64,000 nucleotides of DNA. Source: Sulfolobales archaeon HS-7 (lineage in GTDB: Archaea; Thermoproteota; Thermoprotei_A; Sulfolobales; Sulfolobaceae). The position numbers and the translations under genes were made by a program. Location of the stretch: the NCBI GenBank assembly GCA_019704295.1, contig AP024596.1, forward strand, positions 544,001-608,000, given 5' to 3'. This document shows positions 10,519 through 21,718 of this stretch, piece after piece. A model generated the notes under the pieces. That model worked only from the letters and a program-made list of their open reading frames with translations, was not told the origin of the DNA and did not search any database. The stretch's first letter is position 1. Every line of letters starts with the position of its first letter.

Positions 10519-11058
10519 ATGATAACAAGAGATAATGATAGGCATATACCGGTTTTTATTCTTAATAATCCGTTCAGACGAATTATTGAAGATCCAAAAG
10601 AAGTCATAAAATGGGTAAAACCGGGTATGAAAGTCTTAGATGCTGGTTCTGGACCGGGTTATTACGCGGTGAGGATTGCCCGGCGTTTCCCCAATGTTGA
10701 AGTATACGCAGTTGATAGCGACCCTAACTCAATAAAAGCGTTACAGAGGATAAATCTCCCTAATCTCCATTCTTTCTTGGCTTCCGCAGCGAATATGCCT
10801 TTCATCAAAGACGAATCGATGGATTTCGTAATCAGCAAGGACGTATTATGCTGTACTGTTGATCATGAAGGAGTTGTTAGAGAGATCAGAAGAGTTTTGA
10901 AATCCTCTGGAATAGCGTATATCTCGATAAGGGTGGAAAGCCTTAGTAAAGACCCGAGGAATGTTAGTAAAAAAGAATGGGAAAGGCTACTTAGCAGTTT
11001 TAAAGTAATCGAGGCACATAATTCAAAATTCTCCTATAAGGCCATTGTAAGGAAGTGA
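10519..11058 (+). CDS. Class I SAM-dependent methyltransferase
   Basis: VLDAGSGPG motif I; EIRRVLKSSG. Confidence 0.88.
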   Translation: MITRDNDRHIPVFILNNPFRRIIEDPKEVIKWVKPGMKVLDAGSGPGYYAVRIARRFPNVEVYAVDSDPNSIKALQRINLPNLHSFLASAANMPFIKDESMDFVISKDVLCCTVDHEGVVREIRRVLKSSGIAYISIRVESLSKDPRNVSKKEWERLLSSFKVIEAHNSKFSYKAIVRK

Positions 11059-11606
11059 AAAGGAAAAGAATTAGCTATTATTTAGAACTTGTTCAATAGC
11101 AGTTTTCTACGTAGTAAAATCTTTGTCCAAATTAGACTAGTTTACTATGTAAAAATAAGAGTCCTGCGACCTTCCCTTACTGAATTAGTAGCGAGCTTAT
11201 GGAAAAAGGACACAATACTTTCCCAGCTTTTAGGGATTCCCGCGTATTTCGTATACAGTAATTGAAAAACTATTAATTACAGTATAGAAGTTTCAAAATA
11301 GTTAAAGATTAATTGCGTAAAATTGCAGAAGCTGAACATAAATAATCTAGCGCTAGAGAATGGACCACCAGGCTTGGTTGTTAAACTGTAATTTGTGAAT
11401 AAGATAGTATAATAAAGTAAACTAATTAGCGTAAATCCCTACCTTGTAAATGTGATAATATTCAATTAAATTCGTTATTTTTCTTTAAACAAACTAAATC
11501 CGTAAAGGAAATGTGAACGGCTCGGAGAATGTTTCAAGCAGAAAATATATATCTATATCGTGATAACATACACTTTATTTATTTTCCTTAAAAGACATGG
11601 TAGGTT

Positions 11607-12650
11607 ATGAAGGCAGTAATATTACATGGAGGACAAGGAACTAGACTGAGACCTTTAACTCACACCGGACCAAAGCAGTTAATAAAAGTGGCGGGGAAAC
11701 CAGTATCACAATGGGTTATAGAGCACCTTAGATCTGAAGGTATAAGAGATATAGTTGTCGTATTAGGTGACAATAATCCTACTCGTGTTATAGAGTATTA
11801 CGGAGATGGAAGTAAATTCGACGTCAGCATTACCTATGTTTATCAAGGTAAAGCTAGAGGACTAGCAGATGCGGTCTACAGGGTCAGAGAGGTTGTAGAC
11901 GGAAGGTTTGTCGTGTATTTAGGTGACAACTTAGTACTCCACAACATGTCTTCCTTAATCAACACTAAGGCTGCAGCTTCTGTTATGTTAGCTAAGGTGC
12001 CTAACCCCCAAAGGTTTGGAGTTGCGGTAATAAAAGGGGGGAAAATAGTTAAACTTGTGGAAAAGCCAAAGGAACCGATTTCAGATTTGGCATTAGTAGG
12101 TGTTTACTCGTTTACAGAGGAAATATTTGACGTAATAGAGACATTAAAGCCTAGCTGGAGAAATGAATTGGAGATCACTGACGCAATTCAAGGTTTAATT
12201 GATAGGGGTAGAGATGTGGAATATTCGATAGTAAATGGATGGTGGAAAGATACCGGAACTCCTGCGGATATAATTGATGCTAATATGACTCTACTGGATA
12301 GATTCTCCGCCAGAAGGATAACTGGGGAAATCGTTAACAGTAAAGTGGAAGGAAGAGTAGAGATAGGGAGTGGCTCAAAGGTTAAAAACTCGGTAATTAG
12401 AGGTCCCGCAGTTATAAGTAAGTCTTGTATAGTTGAGAACTCATTTATAGGTCCATATACCTCAATTGGAGATAACGCGAAAGTAGTAAATGCGGAGATA
12501 CAAAATTCCGTAATTCTTGATGAGGTCTCAATAAGCGATATCGCTATAACCGACTCAATTATAGGCCAAAAGTCCGTTATTGAAAGGGGAAATAATCGTC
12601 CTGTTGCTAACAGGATAGTAGTTGGTGAGAACTCGTGGATTTCCCTTTAA
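11607..12650 (+). CDS. rfbA: Glucose-1-phosphate thymidylyltransferase (long form)
   Basis: GGQGTRLRPLT..PKQL, EKP and LEITDA motifs; C-terminal hexapeptide region. Confidence 0.93.
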   Translation: MKAVILHGGQGTRLRPLTHTGPKQLIKVAGKPVSQWVIEHLRSEGIRDIVVVLGDNNPTRVIEYYGDGSKFDVSITYVYQGKARGLADAVYRVREVVDGRFVVYLGDNLVLHNMSSLINTKAAASVMLAKVPNPQRFGVAVIKGGKIVKLVEKPKEPISDLALVGVYSFTEEIFDVIETLKPSWRNELEITDAIQGLIDRGRDVEYSIVNGWWKDTGTPADIIDANMTLLDRFSARRITGEIVNSKVEGRVEIGSGSKVKNSVIRGPAVISKSCIVENSFIGPYTSIGDNAKVVNAEIQNSVILDEVSISDIAITDSIIGQKSVIERGNNRPVANRIVVGENSWISL

Positions 12651-13576
12651 CGTTAATAATAGGAGGAGCCGGATTTATCGGGTCTTCCTTCGCTAGGTTA
12701 ATTCAAAACCCGGTGATATACGACGCATTAACCTATGCGGGTAGAAAAGAGAACTTAACTGACCTACGTCATGAATTAATAGTCGGTGACGTTGCTTCAC
12801 CCATTTTACACGAGGTAATTAAGAGTAAAAGACCTGAAATCGTAATTAACTTCGCAGCGGAAACGCATGTAGACAGGTCTATCAATAGACCTGAAAACTT
12901 CATCTCCACTAACGTATACGGAGTACTTAACGTTCTCGAAGCGTCTAGGAAATATGATTTTAAGTATATCCACATATCTACAGATGAGGTCTATGGGGAA
13001 GAGTGTGCAGACGAGGAAAGTCCTCTAAAACCGTCCTCCCCCTACGCCGCATCAAAAGCAGCTGGTGATCTCTTCGTAAAATCTTATGTAAGGACCTACG
13101 GAATTAACGCAGTAATAATAAGACCGTCAAATAATTACGGTCCGAGACAATATCCAGAGAAATTCATACCAAAGGCTATAATTAGAACTCTCTTAGATAT
13201 GGAGGTTCCAGTTTACGGTTCGGGAAACCAAGAACGAGACTGGATATATGTGGAGGACACCGCCAGAATGATTGCCGAACTAGCATTAACTGGAAAGGGA
13301 GGGGACGTGTATAACTTGCCCGGAGAAAATAGGACCACTAATTTGAAAATTCTTGATGAGATATCTTCAATTTTAGGAAGGAAGATTAAAATTAAATTCG
13401 TAAAGGATAGACCAGGTCACGATAGGAAATATTGTATGACGACAAAACTAAAATTCAACAAAACGCCACTAAGCGAGGGACTAAAGAAAACAGTAGAGTG
13501 GTATATCCGGAATAGATGGTGGTGGGAACCATTAATATCCGATGAGTTTTTCATAAAGGATGAGCCCTGGACATAA
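12635..13576 (+). CDS. rfbB: dTDP-glucose 4,6-dehydratase
   Basis: GGAGFIG, AAETHVDRS, STDEVYG, YAASK, DRPGHDRKY. Confidence 0.95.
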   Translation: MDFPLTLIIGGAGFIGSSFARLIQNPVIYDALTYAGRKENLTDLRHELIVGDVASPILHEVIKSKRPEIVINFAAETHVDRSINRPENFISTNVYGVLNVLEASRKYDFKYIHISTDEVYGEECADEESPLKPSSPYAASKAAGDLFVKSYVRTYGINAVIIRPSNNYGPRQYPEKFIPKAIIRTLLDMEVPVYGSGNQERDWIYVEDTARMIAELALTGKGGDVYNLPGENRTTNLKILDEISSILGRKIKIKFVKDRPGHDRKYCMTTKLKFNKTPLSEGLKKTVEWYIRNRWWWEPLISDEFFIKDEPWT

Positions 13577-14378
13577 GCCTAAGACTTTCATCGATCGAAA
13601 GATCTACATCTACGTATTTCTTGACGAGCGATGTATCTAAAGATGAGTCGTAGGGTCGCTTCGCTATCAAAGACTGTATATTATCTACCTCGACCACATT
13701 GACCTTAAGGTTTAACGCTTCTCCAATTCTTTTCGCAAGTTCATACCTAGAGATCCTGTCTCCAGCTACATTTATTATGCCTGTCCTTCGTTGTTTAATA
13801 AGCTCGTATGTGGCTTGAGCTAATAATTCAGCGTGTATTGGGGAATAAAAACCCCTCAGAGCTTTAATCACCTCTCCCTTTTTTGCATTTTCAATTACCT
13901 TTACTGGAAAACCTTTATGAGAGAATACTCCTGAAGTCCTCACTATTAATGCGTCATCGTAACTAGTAGCGAAAGCGTCGCCAATAAGTTTCGAAACCCC
14001 ATAATAATTAATTGGGTTGGGAAGATCGTCCTCCTTATACATGCCTTTCTCACCATCAAAAACGTAGTCTGTGGAGAAGTGAACTAGGTAAGCCTCTATG
14101 ACCTTCGCTATTCTGACTAAATTCCTTACGAAAAAACCGTTAGTTTGCATAGCGGTTTTCTTATCAATCTCGCACCTATCGACATCGGTCATAGCGACGG
14201 CATTTATTATTACCTTTGGTCTTAATTTTAGTATGAGGTCTTCTAATAAAGGAGTATTGAGAACATCGAGTTTTAATCCACCCTCAACCTGTCCTGAACG
14301 ATAAGTGATTGCGGCTTCGGGGATTATTTTCCTTAATGAACTCCCAAGTTGCCCGCTACCTATTATCAAATATTCCAT
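13551..14378 (-). CDS. rfbD: dTDP-4-dehydrorhamnose reductase
   Basis: GSGQLG, TDVDRCE, STDYVFDG, YGVSK, RPYDSSL. Confidence 0.92.
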   Translation of the reverse strand: MEYLIIGSGQLGSSLRKIIPEAAITYRSGQVEGGLKLDVLNTPLLEDLILKLRPKVIINAVAMTDVDRCEIDKKTAMQTNGFFVRNLVRIAKVIEAYLVHFSTDYVFDGEKGMYKEDDLPNPINYYGVSKLIGDAFATSYDDALIVRTSGVFSHKGFPVKVIENAKKGEVIKALRGFYSPIHAELLAQATYELIKQRRTGIINVAGDRISRYELAKRIGEALNLKVNVVEVDNIQSLIAKRPYDSSLDTSLVKKYVDVDLSIDESLRLMSRAHPL

Positions 14379-14410
14379 ACTGTTTTAAATTCAGGTTAAT
14401 TAAAAAATAA

Positions 14411-15502
14411 TTACTTCCATTCTATCCTAACTTTTATTTCTCCAGGTTCCTTTTTTGAGAGGACGTTTAGAACGGAATCCGGGTCTTCTATCCTTACCGT
14501 TCTTGTTATTAGGCTAGACGTGATCTTAGGCCATATCGTCTTCCATGCAGCTAAGTGTAGTAAAGCCTGCTGATAATGCGGCTTTTGGCCATTAACTAGA
14601 CCTACAATAACATTTGCATTAAGGACGAAATTCTGAACATCGTTAGCGTGCATTGAGACAATTCCTGTATGGGGAAACCCAAAGAGTCCTAAAACACCGT
14701 TCCTCTTTAACATCCTGAAAGTGGGATTGAGAATTTCGGCTTCAGCACCAGTAGTGTCAATGATGAGATCGAATCCTTCTACTTTTGAGATAAGTTCATC
14801 ATATCCTCTTGAGGAATTGAAAAAATTAAGCCCAGCAGTATCCACGACAGTTTGTTCCTCAGTGTTAAGTTCTCTTCTATTCACGAACCACACGTCGAAT
14901 TGATAGCTCTTTAGAACTAGTGAGAATAAAGTGCCTATAGGACCAGTCCCTAAAATGAGCACTTTTCTGCAATCTAAAGTACCGTCATTACACGTCCAAA
15001 TTAACCTCCGTTGAACGTTTAAGATCTCCTCAACGGATTTCTCAATATCAGCCAACGGTTGAGCCAAAATAGCAATATCCTCTAATTCGTGAGGTACTTT
15101 AATAAGAAATCGTGGACTATCAAGCCAAAATTCCCTCATGAAACCATCAGCTCCTACGATTCCAGTTTCGACAAACTCACCCGTCTCACAAAAATCCGGT
15201 CTACCGGCAAGGCAGTTTATGTCCTTATTACACGGTCTCCTATTTACGGGCATAACTAAATCACCCTTTTTAAAATAGTCATTACCTTCTTCAACTACGC
15301 CCAAGGCCTCATGACCCAACACCGTTTCCTGTTTTCCTGGTGGCATTGTTATACCGATCCTCCTGCCATTCACTATCTCTCTATCAGTGCCACATACACC
15401 GTTATACAGTGCTCTTATCTTTACCTCTCCATAGTTTTCTGCGTCGTTTATCTCCTTAATTCTAGCTCCAACCTCTTTGGAAGTAACGACAATTGCTTTC
15501 AT
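14411..15502 (-). CDS. gdh: Glucose 1-dehydrogenase (Zn-dependent MDR)
   Basis: CGTDRE, GHEALG, RPDFCETG, GTGPIG, FGF; closely resembles Sulfolobus GDH. Confidence 0.9.
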   Translation of the reverse strand: MKAIVVTSKEVGARIKEINDAENYGEVKIRALYNGVCGTDREIVNGRRIGITMPPGKQETVLGHEALGVVEEGNDYFKKGDLVMPVNRRPCNKDINCLAGRPDFCETGEFVETGIVGADGFMREFWLDSPRFLIKVPHELEDIAILAQPLADIEKSVEEILNVQRRLIWTCNDGTLDCRKVLILGTGPIGTLFSLVLKSYQFDVWFVNRRELNTEEQTVVDTAGLNFFNSSRGYDELISKVEGFDLIIDTTGAEAEILNPTFRMLKRNGVLGLFGFPHTGIVSMHANDVQNFVLNANVIVGLVNGQKPHYQQALLHLAAWKTIWPKITSSLITRTVRIEDPDSVLNVLSKKEPGEIKVRIEWK

Positions 15503-15664
15503 TAGAGTTGAACTTCTTATTTTACATAAAAACTTGTTCTCTCAACATGGCGTTAAAGAATAGGAAATTATTACCTATACTTGAATATTCTAAAGTCTTT
15601 ATTGAAACTATATTGAACCCAGTAAGGGCTATGTGGCAAAAATAATTTATATAGAATATTAGTT

Positions 15665-16339
15665 ATGAGGTATAAAATGGATTACGAAAGGAAAATAACT
15701 ATTACTGCTTTAGGTTTAATTGTTATATATTGTATCTTATCGGTTTTAGTAAAACTCTTTGGAGAACAAGGATTCCCTGGAAATATAGTAATTTTCAGAA
15801 TGATCAATAATAATCAAATATATTTACTCAACGGGTTGATGATATTTCTTAGCAAATACGGAAGAGAATACATATGGATTCCAGTCACGGCAGTTTTATT
15901 TGCATTAGGCGGAAAATATAGGAAATCCTCACTAATATTGGTAGGTGCCTTTTTACTTGCAATAGTTACAGGGGAGATCTCTAAGTTCGTGATGGCTCAA
16001 CCCAGACCTTTTCTCGTTCTACAGGGAGTTCACGTCATCGTACCTAAACCCCTAGACTATAGCTATCCATCAGGTCATGCCCTAATCGTCGGAACGGGTG
16101 CAATCGTCGTCATGCTTACTCTTCCGTATTATATTTCTTTCCCATTGACGGCTGAGGCAATCCTAGTCTCGTATTCAAGAGTGTATGTAGGTGTCCATTG
16201 GCCTGTTGATGTATTTGCGGGATGGATTTTAGGAGCAGGATTAGCGTTAGCCTCATTAAGATTATATCCTTTCATTTTAAGGATATACAAAGGCGTCTTG
16301 AGGATATTTGGACTTTCGGATAATTCTGTCCTAACTTGA
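15665..16339 (+). CDS. PAP2-family phosphatase (polyprenyl-diphosphate phosphatase-like)
   Basis: K..RP, SYPSGH and SRVYVGVHWP motifs. Confidence 0.88.
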   Translation: MRYKMDYERKITITALGLIVIYCILSVLVKLFGEQGFPGNIVIFRMINNNQIYLLNGLMIFLSKYGREYIWIPVTAVLFALGGKYRKSSLILVGAFLLAIVTGEISKFVMAQPRPFLVLQGVHVIVPKPLDYSYPSGHALIVGTGAIVVMLTLPYYISFPLTAEAILVSYSRVYVGVHWPVDVFAGWILGAGLALASLRLYPFILRIYKGVLRIFGLSDNSVLT

Positions 16340-17126
16340 ATTCTAGTATGAGATAGTATCCAATCCGTAATTAACACGAATAATTAGATAAACTAAAAAG
16401 TTATGAAACATATTCGTCTACAATTGAGTTCGTGGACGATTCAGGTTTCCATTGCGAATTGTAATTATAGCAAAGATAGATTAAATAAAGGAAATTGTTA
16501 AGTGCGAATCTCTACCTAGTCCATACGATCGTATTCAATTAAATTCATTCCATCTTACTAAATAAAGTGAATTTGCAATGAACGCGTGAACGGCCCGAGT
16601 TCGTTTAATTACAAAAAAGATGATATTATAAAATAGATTTATTAAGTTTTGTAACATTAACAACTTAATTTTTCAAAATCTAGGCTCGAGGCGGGCTTTT
16701 ATCATGATGAGTTTAACGCTTACTGGTTGTTCTGACCTGTGAGTATTGTAATTCTATTGGATTAGCAAAGGTATTCAATCTCTCACAATCCACCCTAAGT
16801 ATTATCCACTAATTACACCTTCGCGGTATTTCCATAGCTTAAAATCCGTTTCTTTGTCTAACATTTACTGCTACAGTAGACGCTATTCCGTGAGAACGTT
16901 CAAGGTGATACGAAAGCCCTCACTTAAGCTTTTAGCAATATGTTGGTTTTGTATTTAGAATTGCTTTTATTATTAATATCCTTATCATTGAAATAAGGAT
17001 AAACTAAGCTCATCTGCTGGTAAGGATGTATTCTCTTAACCCACATTAAGGTAAATCGTTACGGTATTCCCATAGGTTGTCCAGGTCGTCAGAACTTATT
17101 AACCAAAAAGTACCTACTCTCCTAAA

Positions 17127-18218
17127 ATGTCACTAATAACACCAAACTATGAACAAAGCTTATACTCCCTTGCATGCGGTATATCAAACTTCCTTGGGGT
17201 TAAGAGAGATTGTTCTAGTATGAACATATCAGGAAATAGAATTGTGTTGGCTCTCTTGGACGGCTTTGGGTGGTCTACAATGAGGAAAGCGGGTATTGAG
17301 GTAAAGGAGGCGAGGAAAATACATACTGTTTTTCCGTCTACAACGGCAACAGTTATTTCCACACTTTTCACTGCTATGACACCTGGAGAGCACGGAATAC
17401 TTGGGTTCAATACTTACTCCATGAGATTAGGTGGAATAGTTAACGCAATGAGGTATACTTATCCTGCAGTTAAAGAGAGAGATTCGATAAAGGACTCCTT
17501 ATCCTTCTCCACCGCGTTTCCTTCTCTACAAAGTTACTTAAAAGAGGTAAACGACGTAAAGACAGCTAGCGTCATTCCAAAGGGGCTAGAGGACGTTGAG
17601 TTCACTGGTGTAACTCATGGCTATGTGAGTGAGACCAAAACTTACATTGATTTCTGGGACGCTTTTTTCAACTTAGAGCAAACGTTACAAAAGGATTTCA
17701 AATTCATTTATTTTTACATACCTGATATAGATTCTCTGTCTCATAAATACGGCCCATACTCTGAAGTGACGTTAAAGGCTACGCGAGACATCTTCGAAAA
17801 CCTGTATAATATTGCTAAAAAACACACAGAATTCACCTTTCTTATAACAGCCGATCACGGCCATATGACAACTACAGAGACCATACTGCTCGATCAAATT
17901 CCAGAACTAATAAATAAACTCGAAATTCCACCCTACGGTGATTCTAGGGCGGTCTTTCTCAGAACCCGTAACGATATTCACGATTACTTATATACCAAAT
18001 TCGATAGCATAAGAGTTTTCAAGAAAAACGAAATTCCCTCTCTTTTAGGCAAAGTTAACGACGAGAAAATACTTCCGGATTACATAATGGTGCCGACTGA
18101 CGGGAGAGCGTATATATACCTTTTCAAGGAAAAGGATGAATACTATAAATTAGTTGGTCACCACGGAGGACTAACTCCAGACGAATTTGAGATTCCCCTC
18201 ATCACCGTAAACGGATAG
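17127..18218 (+). CDS. Alkaline phosphatase superfamily protein (nucleotide pyrophosphatase/phosphodiesterase type)
   Basis: LLDGFG, FPSTT (Thr nucleophile), [18 protein letters not shown]. Confidence 0.88.
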   Translation: MSLITPNYEQSLYSLACGISNFLGVKRDCSSMNISGNRIVLALLDGFGWSTMRKAGIEVKEARKIHTVFPSTTATVISTLFTAMTPGEHGILGFNTYSMRLGGIVNAMRYTYPAVKERDSIKDSLSFSTAFPSLQSYLKEVNDVKTASVIPKGLEDVEFTGVTHGYVSETKTYIDFWDAFFNLEQTLQKDFKFIYFYIPDIDSLSHKYGPYSEVTLKATRDIFENLYNIAKKHTEFTFLITADHGHMTTTETILLDQIPELINKLEIPPYGDSRAVFLRTRNDIHDYLYTKFDSIRVFKKNEIPSLLGKVNDEKILPDYIMVPTDGRAYIYLFKEKDEYYKLVGHHGGLTPDEFEIPLITVNG

Positions 18219-18229
18219 GGGATAAGCGG

Positions 18230-19282
18230 TTGCTGTGGATAGTATTTACCACTGGAAAATGTAATTTGACTTGTAGGTATTGTGGGGGATCCTTTGAGAA
18301 AGAGGTCGTACCGTACGGGACAAAATATGATCTCAGAAAACTTAAAGTCCTAATAGAGTCGGATCCCAACTCCACAGTGGTTTTCTACGGGGGAGAACCG
18401 CTAGTTAATAGGGAATTCATTTCAAACTTTACCAGGGAAATAAGGGCCAAGCGATACGGCGTCCAAACTAACGGTACCCTTGTAAGATTACTCAAGCAGG
18501 AAGTTTGGAAAAGGATGGACTTCGCATTGTTATCTATTGATGGGAGAGAGGAAACTACTGATAAGATGAGGGGTAGGGGTATCTACTCTACCGTAGTTAG
18601 AAACGCTAAATACCTAAAGGAATTGGGACTGGAATTAATAGCTCGAATGACAGTCACCGAGCATTCTGACATATATGAAGACGTTACCCACTTATTATCG
18701 TTAGGACTCTTCGACAAGATCCACTGGCAGTTGAACGTTGTGTGGACTGAGAAATGGAATGTTAAAGAGTGGTCTACAAGGAATTACATTCCAGGAATAG
18801 AGAGGTTAATGGAACTTTTCATGAAGAACCTTATGGAGGGCAGAGTACTGAAAATTATACCAATATTAGGAGTTTTAAGTTCGCATTACTTCGAAGGATA
18901 CAGGGGATCACCTTGTGGTGCAGGATACGGTTCGGTATCGATAACTCCAGACGGTAGAGTTCTTTCATGCCCTATAGCAGTTAGGGAAAAGTGGGCCGAA
19001 CTCGGTACGGTAGAGGAATTCAAACTTTATGAGGAACCTCTCCCAGAGGAGTGCAGAAATTGTAAGTTTAATAGGTATTGTGGAGGGAGATGCTACTACT
19101 CGTCACAGGAAAAATACTGGGGAGAGGAGGGTTTCCAAGATGTAGATGAGATAACGAAGAAATACCTCTGCATAGTCTTGAAGTATATTCCAGTTATTGA
19201 TGAGGCCTTGAGAAAAGGCATAATTAAAAGGGAAATGCTGTATTACGATCCTAAAGAGGATTCAACGGAAGTCGTTCCCTAG
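18230..19282 (+). CDS. Radical SAM/SPASM domain protein (TIGR04084/AF0577-like)
   Basis: CNLTCRYC and YGGEP; SPASM cysteines CGAG..CP..CRNC..CGGRC. Confidence 0.88.
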   Translation: MLWIVFTTGKCNLTCRYCGGSFEKEVVPYGTKYDLRKLKVLIESDPNSTVVFYGGEPLVNREFISNFTREIRAKRYGVQTNGTLVRLLKQEVWKRMDFALLSIDGREETTDKMRGRGIYSTVVRNAKYLKELGLELIARMTVTEHSDIYEDVTHLLSLGLFDKIHWQLNVVWTEKWNVKEWSTRNYIPGIERLMELFMKNLMEGRVLKIIPILGVLSSHYFEGYRGSPCGAGYGSVSITPDGRVLSCPIAVREKWAELGTVEEFKLYEEPLPEECRNCKFNRYCGGRCYYSSQEKYWGEEGFQDVDEITKKYLCIVLKYIPVIDEALRKGIIKREMLYYDPKEDSTEVVP

Positions 19283-19291
19283 GGGTATCCC

Positions 19292-20547
19292 TTGCTGAAT
19301 TTCGTAGCGCTAGGAATCATGATACTGGTTTACGTAATGATAGCGCTTAGAGGAGTTAGGGGTTTTGCCATCCCTCCCTGGGCCTCAATGCTAATGGGTG
19401 GAGTTCTGATGATAGCTACTTCGGTAGAGACCGTAAAACAGGCAATCCAATCAATAGATCTTAACGTTATCTTATTCCTCATATCGCTTTTCACAATATC
19501 TTCAGCACTAGAAGTCTCAGGTATACTCAGGTATATAGCAGGGGCAATAATAAGAAAGGCAAAGACTGGAAACCGACTTACTTTTCTCATAATGTTAGTT
19601 TCAGCCCTGTTATCCCTCTTCATCACTAATGATGGGGTCTCCACTACTTTCACACCTATCATAATAGAGAGTTCCAAACTTACGAAAACTGATCCTAAAC
19701 CCCTTCTTTTCTCACTAGCTTTCGGTGTAACGATAGGAAGTGTGATGATGCCTACAGGGAATCCTCAGAACCTCCTAATCGCCTTACAGTCTGGTTTGAG
19801 GACTCCTTTCATTTCCTTTGTTGAATTTCTCACCATACCTACTTTTTTAAATATTATTCTCACTTTTTACATGATTAAACTTTTCTTTAAACCTGAAGTG
19901 GTCATTAATGAAATTCCACCGTTATCAGTAAAGGATAGTTTTTAGGAGGACTTTCCGTCGCCGTTTTGCTTTTCCTCATTCCAATGTTTTTCATCACTGA
20001 GGTGATTCAGATAGGCCAATTCAATCCTGTATCCCTTTCCCTAATTGCCATGAGCGTAATCCTGCTCCTATCAAAGAGGAGAAGAGAAATTATCAAAAAC
20101 GTGGATTGGAGTACTATCGTTTTCTTCATTGGTTTATTCATATTTACCCAAGGAGTTCTATCCTCAGGAGTCATAAATCTATTAACAGATCTTTTCCCCC
20201 TCTCAGCAAGTATAGGGTATGTATTACTGATAAGCGTTCTTTACAGCCAAATCCTCAGCAACGTTCCCATGGTAGCAATATACATTCCGCTACTCAGAGG
20301 AGTACCTGGAGTGGGAACATTTACCTGGCTGGCACTAGCGGCAGGGAGCACAATAGCGGGAAATTTGACCTTGCTAGGCGCTGCGAGTAATATAATAATA
20401 TCGGAAATGTCAGAAACTAGAGATGGTCCCCCTCTTCACTTTCTGGAGTTCTCGAAATACGGGATTGCAGTTACGTTAGTTAACGTTATGATTTATTATT
20501 TATTTCTCATGCTCCCGAAAATCCCAATACATAGCTTATTACCATGA
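19292..20547 (+). pseudogene. ArsB/NhaD/SLC13-type anion transporter, split by a frameshift at about 19939-19945
   Basis: N-half (LFITND, PTGNPQN) and C-half (SNVP, LLGAASN) lie in different frames. Adding one T to the TTTTT run joins them as ...KDSFLGGLSVAVLLFLIP... Confidence 0.8.
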
Positions 20548-21718
20548 GATAGTCCCTAAGATGTCTTGTTATAAGAAAGTTATTCTTTACATGTTCACGT
20601 CCATTTTTCCCTAACTGTTCGGAGACTTCGCGCTTTCTTAGCAAGTATAAAGAGTAATGAGCCGCTTGTTCTACCGAGTTAACTAGATAACCTGTCACAC
20701 CGGGTATGACCTGAAGAGGGATGCCCCCAGTGTTTCCACCGATAACTGGCTTTGCTTTCCACAACGCCTCACTAACGGTTAACCCAAATCCCTCTTTCAC
20801 CGACTTCTGCATTATTACACTTCCTCCCCTCTGAAAAGCGTTTATTTCTAGATCACTAAAGGGAGGCAACATTAATAGGTGTATATCGGGATCCGAACCG
20901 GCTTCAGCCAAGGTTTTCCTGTACACTTCCTCCCCCTCAGGATCATCTGATGCAGGACTCCCCACATATGCTAACTGGACATCTACGTGATTCTTAACTA
21001 TTTTGTAGGCCTTTATAACCCCTACTGGGTCCTTAGCGTAGTCGAATCTAGATATTTGCACTATAAAAGGCCTTTCAGGATCTATATCATATTTCATGAC
21101 GATTCTCTTCACAGTTGTATCGGATATATACTGATTTTTCACTGACAATGGATCAATCGACGGGGGGATTACGAACTGGGGAACGCTTAAATCACCTCTT
21201 CCGAATATCGGAGAGGATATGATCATGGCGTCGTATTTATTTATTCTCTCCTTTAGGAAACCCCAGACTTCACTCTCAGGTGAGGATATATCTATATGGC
21301 AACGCCATATCCACTTGCCTTTCCTTCTATAATCTATTAACCCCAGAGGTTGTGGATCGTGAATAAACATTACGTCGTAATCTAGAGGTAATTCGGAGGA
21401 ATTTATTGACTGCCACTTTTCGTAAGTCTCCTTCCAACCCTGAGGAACGTATGAATTACCCGTTTGAAGTGAATTGTGTATTCCCTTTGTAACCCTAAAG
21501 AATTCCTGATCTCCTCTTATTATCTTCCAGTCTACGTTAATTCCGAGTTCCTTCATAAGAGGAACCATTTTGTGTAAAATCTCCGCAACGCCGCCTCCTT
21601 CCTTCGTCGAATTTACGTGAAGTACTGAGATTCCCCTTAATCTTTCGGCTATCTTAAATATGGAATCCATTTCGTTTTCTCCTATAATTGGGAGATACTT
21701 CTCTATCAAAGGAACCAC
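20507..21718 (-). CDS. treT: Trehalose synthase (glycosyl-transferring, GT4)
   Basis: GGGVAE, IHDPQP, WRCHID, SRFD..KDP, EGFGLTVSEALWK. Confidence 0.92.
   Translation of the reverse strand: MVPLIEKYLPIIGENEMDSIFKIAERLRGISVLHVNSTKEGGGVAEILHKMVPLMKELGINVDWKIIRGDQEFFRVTKGIHNSLQTGNSYVPQGWKETYEKWQSINSSELPLDYDVMFIHDPQPLGLIDYRRKGKWIWRCHIDISSPESEVWGFLKERINKYDAMIISSPIFGRGDLSVPQFVIPPSIDPLSVKNQYISDTTVKRIVMKYDIDPERPFIVQISRFDYAKDPVGVIKAYKIVKNHVDVQLAYVGSPASDDPEGEEVYRKTLAEAGSDPDIHLLMLPPFSDLEINAFQRGGSVIMQKSVKEGFGLTVSEALWKAKPVIGGNTGGIPLQVIPGVTGYLVNSVEQAAHYSLYLLRKREVSEQLGKNGREHVKNNFLITRHLRDYLMVISYVLGFSGA

Noticed and set aside
15531-15538. ara-box-like AACAAGTT upstream of gdh (minus strand)
   Set aside because: It sits on the BRE/TATA boundary rather than upstream of it; single occurrence.
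16705-16736. ATGATGA...CTGA C/D-like motif
   Set aside because: Only about 32 nt between the box ends, with no convincing second box pair.
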